Positions 58,459-64,000 of a DNA stretch of 64,000 bases are shown here, in pieces. A program made the position numbers and the translations under genes. The notes beneath the pieces are model-generated. The model saw only the letters and a list, made by a program, of their open reading frames with translations. It ran no database searches and was not told the origin of the DNA. Source of the stretch: Lentisphaeria bacterium (GTDB taxonomy: Bacteria > Verrucomicrobiota > Lentisphaeria > JABSQK01 > JAWLHB01); contig JAWLHB010000020.1 of the NCBI GenBank assembly GCA_041690595.1, forward strand, positions 1-64,000. Direction: 5' to 3'. Numbering within the stretch: position 1 is the first letter of the stretch; each line of letters starts with the position of its first letter.

Positions 58459-58602
58459 AGTTGCGGCTCTGAGAGCCCCTGCCACGTTGTCGGGCGTGTG
58501 GAGGCGAAGGGTCATGAAATTGAGGTTGCGTTGGGGGATGGCGATGGTTCTAGTCGCGGCTCGGAGAGCCCCTCCCACGTTGTCGGGCCTGTCGAGGCGA
58601 CG
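58459..58602. repeat. Two ~51-bp direct repeats each containing a REP-like palindrome
   Basis: 58459-58509 and 58552-58602; core reverse complement GTGGGAGGGGCTCTCCGAGCCGCGAC. Confidence 0.75.
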
Positions 58603-58635
58603 TTGGGAACGTGCGCTTCAAGAATCACAGGTTTA

Positions 58636-58751
58636 ACCACGAAGAACACGAAGAGCACGAATAAAAGAATAGATGGGGAATTAGAGATGTTAAAACTCGA
58701 TAAAAACAATCAGGAGTTAATAATCTTCGTGCTCTTCGTGTTCTTCGTGGT
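58636..58751. mobile_element. Short inverted-repeat element, copy 2
   Basis: Perfect 26-bp inverted repeats at 58636-58661 and 58726-58751; AT-rich core. Confidence 0.6.
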
Positions 58752-58818
58752 GATCATAGAGCTGTCGGAGCTGTCGAGGCTGAAGCGGATGGAAGTGGGG
58801 CCAAAACGGACGGAATTA

Positions 58819-58932
58819 ACCACGAATAGCACGAAGAGCACGAAGAAAGGGTTCGTTATGGTTATAAACTACAGAAAAAATATTTATTCGCTGCTATAAG
58901 TTACTATTTATCATCTTCGTGTTCTTCGTGGT
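58819..58932. mobile_element. Short inverted-repeat element, copy 3
   Basis: Three-unit left arm at 58819-58846, two-unit right arm at 58914-58932. Confidence 0.55.
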
Positions 58933-59111
58933 TTCATTCTGCGGGGTTTTGCCTGTGTTCGATCTCTGCGCTCTTTGCGTTCTTTGTGGTTAATTCCATG
59001 GCGTCCATGGCTTCTGTGGAAGTGTGGCTGCCTTGATTTCAGGGAGGGTGTGGATAGAATAGGGGGGAAGGGGTTTCTTCGAGGATTCATCAATTCATGG
59101 GGGGAGAGCGT

Positions 59112-60128
59112 ATGAAGCTGCGGGAGATCGTGCTGGATGCGGTGGAGCACCGGGAGTCGGCGGCAGTGCCGTATTCACTTCCGTTCGAGGAGAGCGTGGG
59201 GGAACGGCTGGATGCGCACTATGGGGGGCGCCAGTGGCGGGAGCGGCTGCTGCCTTACCTTGTCGGGGTGAGCGCTGTCGATACCAACCCGAAGACGCCG
59301 ATCGACGAGCGGTATGTGCGCGATCCATTCGGGGGCATCTGGCGTCAGGATCTGCGGCCATGGCACCTGGAGAAGCCGCCACTGGCGGAGCCGACCTTCG
59401 ACGGCTATGCGTTTCCGGAGCCGGAACGCTTCCTGCGGCCGGAGTGGAAGGAGAAGGCGCGTCGCACCTGCGACGAGAACCGGGAGAGCTTCCTCATCGG
59501 CAATCTGGGCTGGGGATTGTTCGAGCGCAGTTGGAACCTGCGTGGCTTCGAAAACATCCTCATGGATGCCATCACCGAGCCGGATTTCTTCGAAGAGGTG
59601 CTCGATCGCCTCATGAACCTGTACCTGGCCTTCGTCGAGTACACGGCCGATCTGCCGGTCGACGCCATCTTCTTTGGCGACGACTGGGGTGATCAGCGGG
59701 GAATCATCCTGGGGCCGGAGCGCTGGCGGCGTTTCCTGAAACCGCGCTGGGCACGGATCTACGAGGCCGTTCACGCCCACGGCAAGTTTGTCATGAGTCA
59801 CTCCTGCGGCTCTGTCGAAGCGATCATTCCCGACCTCATCGAGATCGGTCTCGACGTTCTGGAGAGTGTCCAGCCTGAAGCGGCCAACATGAACCCCTAC
59901 GCGCTCAAGCAGAAGTACGGGGATAAGATCGCTTTCTGGGGCGGCATCGGCAGCCAGAGCATCATCCCTCACGGCACCCCGGAGGATATCCACCGGGAAG
60001 TTGCCCGGCTGCGTCATGAGATGAGTCGCGACGGCGGCTATATTCTCGCTCCCGCCAAGGGGCTGCAACCGGAGACGCCGACCAGCAACGCGGTCGCCAT
60101 GGTGGAGGCCTTCACCAACGGCGTTTGA
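59112..60128 (+). CDS. Uroporphyrinogen decarboxylase / MtaA-CmuA superfamily protein
   Basis: FERSW.LRG.E, GDDWG.Q, HSCG, FWGGI and GGYILAP motifs. Confidence 0.88.
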   Translation: MKLREIVLDAVEHRESAAVPYSLPFEESVGERLDAHYGGRQWRERLLPYLVGVSAVDTNPKTPIDERYVRDPFGGIWRQDLRPWHLEKPPLAEPTFDGYAFPEPERFLRPEWKEKARRTCDENRESFLIGNLGWGLFERSWNLRGFENILMDAITEPDFFEEVLDRLMNLYLAFVEYTADLPVDAIFFGDDWGDQRGIILGPERWRRFLKPRWARIYEAVHAHGKFVMSHSCGSVEAIIPDLIEIGLDVLESVQPEAANMNPYALKQKYGDKIAFWGGIGSQSIIPHGTPEDIHREVARLRHEMSRDGGYILAPAKGLQPETPTSNAVAMVEAFTNGV

Positions 60129-60266
60129 CTTCATTCGGTGAATTGGTAAAGAATTGGTAAAGCGGGGGCTTGATGCCGCGCCAAAACATGTGTACTGTTG
60201 TGCCATGAAGGCACCAGTCAGCAGAGATCGCGCATGGGGCAACCACATGCGTGAGGGTACGCCGTG

Positions 60267-63200
60267 ATGCCCAAGGGTGCATCATTGCTGCCGCCGGCTC
60301 TGGTCGCGCTGCTCAAGCGGCATGTGCGACGGTGGTCGGCATTACAGGCATGGGGCTGGGTGAGCCTGGCCCTGGCGGCGCTGATGGGGCTCTTCCTGCT
60401 TTCGCTCCTGCTGGACCGGGTGGCGGACCTGCCGGCGGGGGTGCGGGTGCTGCTGCCGGTGCTGACCCTGGCGACGCCCTTGCTCATGCTTCTCTGGGCG
60501 GTGGTGGTCTGGTGGCGCAAGCCGTCAGCGGACTGGGCGGCGGGGCAACTCGACGCTGCCTTGCCGGAAGGTCGGGACATCCTGCGCAGCAGCCTCAATT
60601 TCAGTGGTCGTGAAGAAGGGTCGATTCAGCCCTTCATCCTGTCGCGGACACAAGGATTGGCGCGCGATGCCGCGGAAGAGCTGGCGCGGCGCACGTTGCT
60701 GCACACGGGCTGGATCTGGCGGCGGATCGCCATTGCCGCGGCGCTTGGCGTGGTGCTGGCTGGGTTGGCCGCGACGCCGTGGCTGCCGATGCGCCTGATG
60801 TGGCAGCGCTTTCTCGATCCGTTCGGCAACCATCCGCGACCGTCGATGACGGTGATCGGGGTTCAGGCGCCGGAACGCCAGGTGCTGGCGCAGGGGGATG
60901 ATCTGCGGATCGAAGTCGAGTTGACGGGGCGCCTGCCGGATCCGGCGCGGGCGGAGCTGGTCGTGCAGCGCGCGGACGGGGAGCGACGCTTCATGATGAG
61001 TCCGCTTCCGGGGCACCGGTTCACGACGGAGCTGGCGACGATCCACGATTCGCTCTCCTTCACGGTGGAGGCGGGCGATGGGCGCAGCGCCAGGTACTGG
61101 GTGGATGTCGAGCCCCGGCCACGGCTTCAGGAGATTGCGGTGCGCTACGACTATCCGCGCTACACGCGTCTGCCGCGACAGGAGGAGGAGCTGAAGTATC
61201 GGGAGTTGAAGGGGGTGCCTGGAACGCAGGTCTGGCTCACCTTCAGCAGCAGCCTGCCGGTAGCCGACTCGTGGGTGGAGTTTCCCAACCGGCGCTACCG
61301 GATCGCCTGGGATCGCGATCGGCGCGAAGGCTCTTTCCGCTTCTCCATCGAAACCGACACCATCTTCAAGATCCACCTCCAGGCCGACAATGGTCACGCC
61401 AACCTGGGCGAAACACCTTTTCGCGTGCGGGCCTTGCCCGACAATCCCCCGACCGTCACCGTCCGCGGCCTGCCGGAGCCCGCAACCTTCTTTCGCGAAG
61501 ACATGCTGACGCTCGACTACAGCGCCAGCGACGACTTCGGCATTTCGGAACTCTTTCTGCGCGCCTGGGCCGGCATGTCGAACGCCCCGAAGTTCTACAG
61601 CATCCAACTGGACAAGTCGGTGACGCGCAATGTCGAGGGTTCCGTCTCGGTGAAGCTGTCGGAATTTGCGGGTGACGACGACACGTCCGTTCAGATCGAA
61701 TTGGTGGCGACGGATACGCGTGGGCAGGAGAGTGCCACGCCGCGCATGGAGCTGACGATCATCGCCGAGACGCCGGATCGCCAGTTGGCCGAGCTGATCC
61801 TGATCCACGAGGAGTTTCTCTCCCTGGCGTATCGCTCGCGCCTCCGCGAGAATGTGGAGCGGCTGCGGGCGCAGGAGGGGCAACTGCGCATCCTGCTCGA
61901 CGGCATGGATGCGAGCACGCCGCTGGAGGGTACCCGGCTCACCATCTTCCAAGGCGTCTTCAACAACCTGCGCGGCATCGACGTCTTCAGCAAGGATCCC
62001 TGGCTGATCTGGTCCAGCGAGTTTCCCTACCTGAGTCAGCGCATCACCGAGTATGCCATGAGTGTGCCATGGATGCTGCGCACCTATCATGACTACAATC
62101 CACTTGGGCAGGCGATACTGCAGGAAGAGGCCGGACGGTATGAGCGGCTGAAGGCACTGCACGAGATCGTGCGCAGTGAGATGGTGATGGCCGAGCTGAT
62201 TCTCCAGGCCAACGAGGATATCCTCAAGGAGTCACGCCTGCGGCTGATCGGCTTCCTGGCGGAGAAGTCGTGGCAGGTGTTGAGTCGTGCCGAGACGACC
62301 GACGAGGAGGTCCGTATCCGCCTGGTGCAGCAGCGCCGCGAGCTTATTCAACAGCTTCTGGAGATCGGTACGGTCATTGATGACGAGGCGCTGAGCGAGC
62401 TTCTGGCGCCGCTGCGGGAGCTGGCGTCCGCTCAGCTGCCGGACGAGGCGAAGGTGGTGCAGGCGCTGGCCGAGCTGCGTCTGACGCTGCTGACCGGCAG
62501 TTGGCTGGATGGCCATCTGGGGGCGGCCGCGCAACGCCTCAGCCGGGAGTGGCCGTGGGCGCGCCTGATGCGACGCGCCGTGGAGATCGGTCTCGAGGAG
62601 CGGATGATTGTCACCCTCGACGACTACCTGCGTTTCCGGCAGGATACGCCGGTGCCGGAAGAAGCCGAGCATTTCCTGCTGACCCGCGCTCTGGCGGCGA
62701 TGAATACCGGCGATGCCGAGCGCATCGAGTCGGCGGCGAAGGCGCTCGACAGCCATTGGCCGTGGGCGGAGCGTTATGCGTTGCTGGAAGTGGCGCAGCT
62801 TCTGCGGCTGCGGCTGCACGAACGGCGGATCGATGCGCAGGTGGGGCGCCGGCTGCCCGAGGATCCCCACTTCGACCGTGCCTGGCAGGAGATTCGCGAG
62901 CTGTATCTGACGCTCGAGCGGGGACGGGTGGCTGGCCGTTGGTCGGAGAGTGAAGCACCGGTCGCGGCGGCGCTTGCGGCACTGTCGGCCTACAAGGAGG
63001 CCTTCCTCCCGTGGCAGGCACGCCTGGCTTGGAGAGAGCCGGAATTTGGCACCCGGATGGCGCGCCTGGACGAGGAGCTGGGTGCGTTGATTCGCCTGAT
63101 CGAGCCCCAGGTCGTCACCGGCACGACCGCGGCGCTGGCCGAATGGCCGCGGCTGGCGGAGGATCTGGTGATCGGCATGCGGCTGGAGTTTCCCCGGCTG

Positions 63201-64000
63201 ACGGCGGAGCAGGCTGAGTACCGGCGCGAGGTCGAGGAAGGATTGAAGAAGAAGCCGACGCTGACGAAAGTGGAGCAGCAGGACAGCAAGTGGTGGTGGG
63301 CACGTGCCGAACAGGAGCGATACGAGTACACGATCAGGCTGGTCGGTCGTATGCGTGGCGCCTTTACGGCGATCGATCGCCTGCTCGCGCTGCGGGAGTG
63401 GCTCTGGGTACGCGCTCCGGACGGGGCTGCCCTGGAAGAGCTGAAGATGGTGGCGCTGCTGGTCGGTCATTTCGAAGCGATGGACGAAGAGATCTACGAC
63501 CTCACCTGGGCGGCTCACCTCAACCGGCCGGGTGGTCAGTACCCCAACTGGCTGAATCCGATCCACGATTATCTGGGCAAGCTTCGCGACGAGATCCTCC
63601 CCCAGTTCATCGAATGGTACGAGCTGGTGCGCGAGAATCCGACGGCGCTGGCACGGAACGAGCCTTTTCTGGAGGTGACCGCCCGCCGGGCCGCGGCGCC
63701 CCGCTACACGGAATGGCTGCAGGCCCTGAAGGGGCATGTCGACTTCCTCGCCCTGCTTCGCGAACCGCCGGATGAGCCGATGCGCCAGCGCCTCTTGCTG
63801 GAGTACGCGTCCGGTCCGTTGCGCTCCGTCTACTGGGATCGGGTGGCACTGGCGCTCGATGGCTTGAGGGAGAGCGTGGAAGGTGGCCTGCCCGCCGACG
63901 AGGCCCAGCCCTTCGCTGGTTTGCCGCCGGAGCGGATGGCTGCGGCTGCCGCGGCAGGAGCGTACCTGGCGACGATCGTGCCGGCCGGCGATCAGGGGGC
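60267..64000 (+). CDS. Very large DUF4175-like membrane-anchored protein, truncated by the window edge
   Basis: Manual translation MPKGASLLPPALVALLKRHVRRW..., N-terminal TM helices, Ig-like region (YDYPRYT, D.PPTV, A.DDFGI); same frame confirmed by spot checks at 62160 and 63780; absent from the ORF track, presumably because it has no stop. Confidence 0.75.
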   Translation, partial: MPKGASLLPPALVALLKRHVRRWSALQAWGWVSLALAALMGLFLLSLLLDRVADLPAGVRVLLPVLTLATPLLMLLWAVVVWWRKPSADWAAGQLDAALPEGRDILRSSLNFSGREEGSIQPFILSRTQGLARDAAEELARRTLLHTGWIWRRIAIAAALGVVLAGLAATPWLPMRLMWQRFLDPFGNHPRPSMTVIGVQAPERQVLAQGDDLRIEVELTGRLPDPARAELVVQRADGERRFMMSPLPGHRFTTELATIHDSLSFTVEAGDGRSARYWVDVEPRPRLQEIAVRYDYPRYTRLPRQEEELKYRELKGVPGTQVWLTFSSSLPVADSWVEFPNRRYRIAWDRDRREGSFRFSIETDTIFKIHLQADNGHANLGETPFRVRALPDNPPTVTVRGLPEPATFFREDMLTLDYSASDDFGISELFLRAWAGMSNAPKFYSIQLDKSVTRNVEGSVSVKLSEFAGDDDTSVQIELVATDTRGQESATPRMELTIIAETPDRQLAELILIHEEFLSLAYRSRLRENVERLRAQEGQLRILLDGMDASTPLEGTRLTIFQGVFNNLRGIDVFSKDPWLIWSSEFPYLSQRITEYAMSVPWMLRTYHDYNPLGQAILQEEAGRYERLKALHEIVRSEMVMAELILQANEDILKESRLRLIGFLAEKSWQVLSRAETTDEEVRIRLVQQRRELIQQLLEIGTVIDDEALSELLAPLRELASAQLPDEAKVVQALAELRLTLLTGSWLDGHLGAAAQRLSREWPWARLMRRAVEIGLEERMIVTLDDYLRFRQDTPVPEEAEHFLLTRALAAMNTGDAERIESAAKALDSHWPWAERYALLEVAQLLRLRLHERRIDAQVGRRLPEDPHFDRAWQEIRELYLTLERGRVAGRWSESEAPVAAALAALSAYKEAFLPWQARLAWREPEFGTRMARLDEELGALIRLIEPQVVTGTTAALAEWPRLAEDLVIGMRLEFPRLTAEQAEYRREVEEGLKKKPTLTKVEQQDSKWWWARAEQERYEYTIRLVGRMRGAFTAIDRLLALREWLWVRAPDGAALEELKMVALLVGHFEAMDEEIYDLTWAAHLNRPGGQYPNWLNPIHDYLGKLRDEILPQFIEWYELVRENPTALARNEPFLEVTARRAAAPRYTEWLQALKGHVDFLALLREPPDEPMRQRLLLEYASGPLRSVYWDRVALALDGLRESVEGGLPADEAQPFAGLPPERMAAAAAAGAYLATIVPAGDQG

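Noticed and set aside
55028..58602. Integron cassette array
   Set aside because: No intI, and no convincing RYYYAAC...GTTRRRY attC sites after the genes.
58498..58899. Short ORFs reading TTKNTKST / LFVLFVFFVV (also 54612-54890)
   Set aside because: They are translations of the non-coding 9-bp repeats.
54796..58991. CRISPR array interpretation of the CACGAAGAG repeats
   Set aside because: Repeats are paired in inverted orientation with irregular spacing; no cas genes.

Overview
A GC-rich, densely coded bacterial chromosome segment. Several genes typical of the PVC superphylum (prepilin-like H-X9-DG-type protein, pilus-associated Amuc_1099-like protein, giant DUF4175-like protein) suggest an anaerobic Lentisphaerota/PVC organism; this is inference. 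About 49 intact CDS are supportable. Main blocks: (i) a minus-strand run of a CydA-like/cytochrome c fusion, its partner, thioredoxin, DUF2892, DUF6132, an MMPL transporter, a LolA-like protein and an outer-membrane barrel (4.7-13 kb); (ii) an hfs-type [FeFe]-hydrogenase operon (ferredoxin, PAS sensory hydrogenase, SpoIIE phosphatase, ferredoxin, catalytic hydrogenase) with Rex/CRP-like boxes upstream (14.7-19.9 kb); (iii) TetR plus RND efflux, followed by a candidate anti-Shine-Dalgarno sRNA; (iv) envelope and housekeeping genes (ferritin, MgtC, GT9, O-antigen ligase-like, LarE, MetF-like, ThiL, DapL); (v) an accessory island at 54.8-59.0 kb. The island is bracketed by short elements whose inverted ends are built from 9-bp tandem units. 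It carries a DUF2330 gene and a T5orf172-DUF5655 gene, each preceded by the same 54-bp repeat, plus zinc-ribbon and IS66 fragments and REP-like repeats. A >1,200-codon ORF missing from the ORF track runs off the right end. No rRNA, tRNA or CRISPR array was seen. All family calls come from motif recognition by eye, not database searches.
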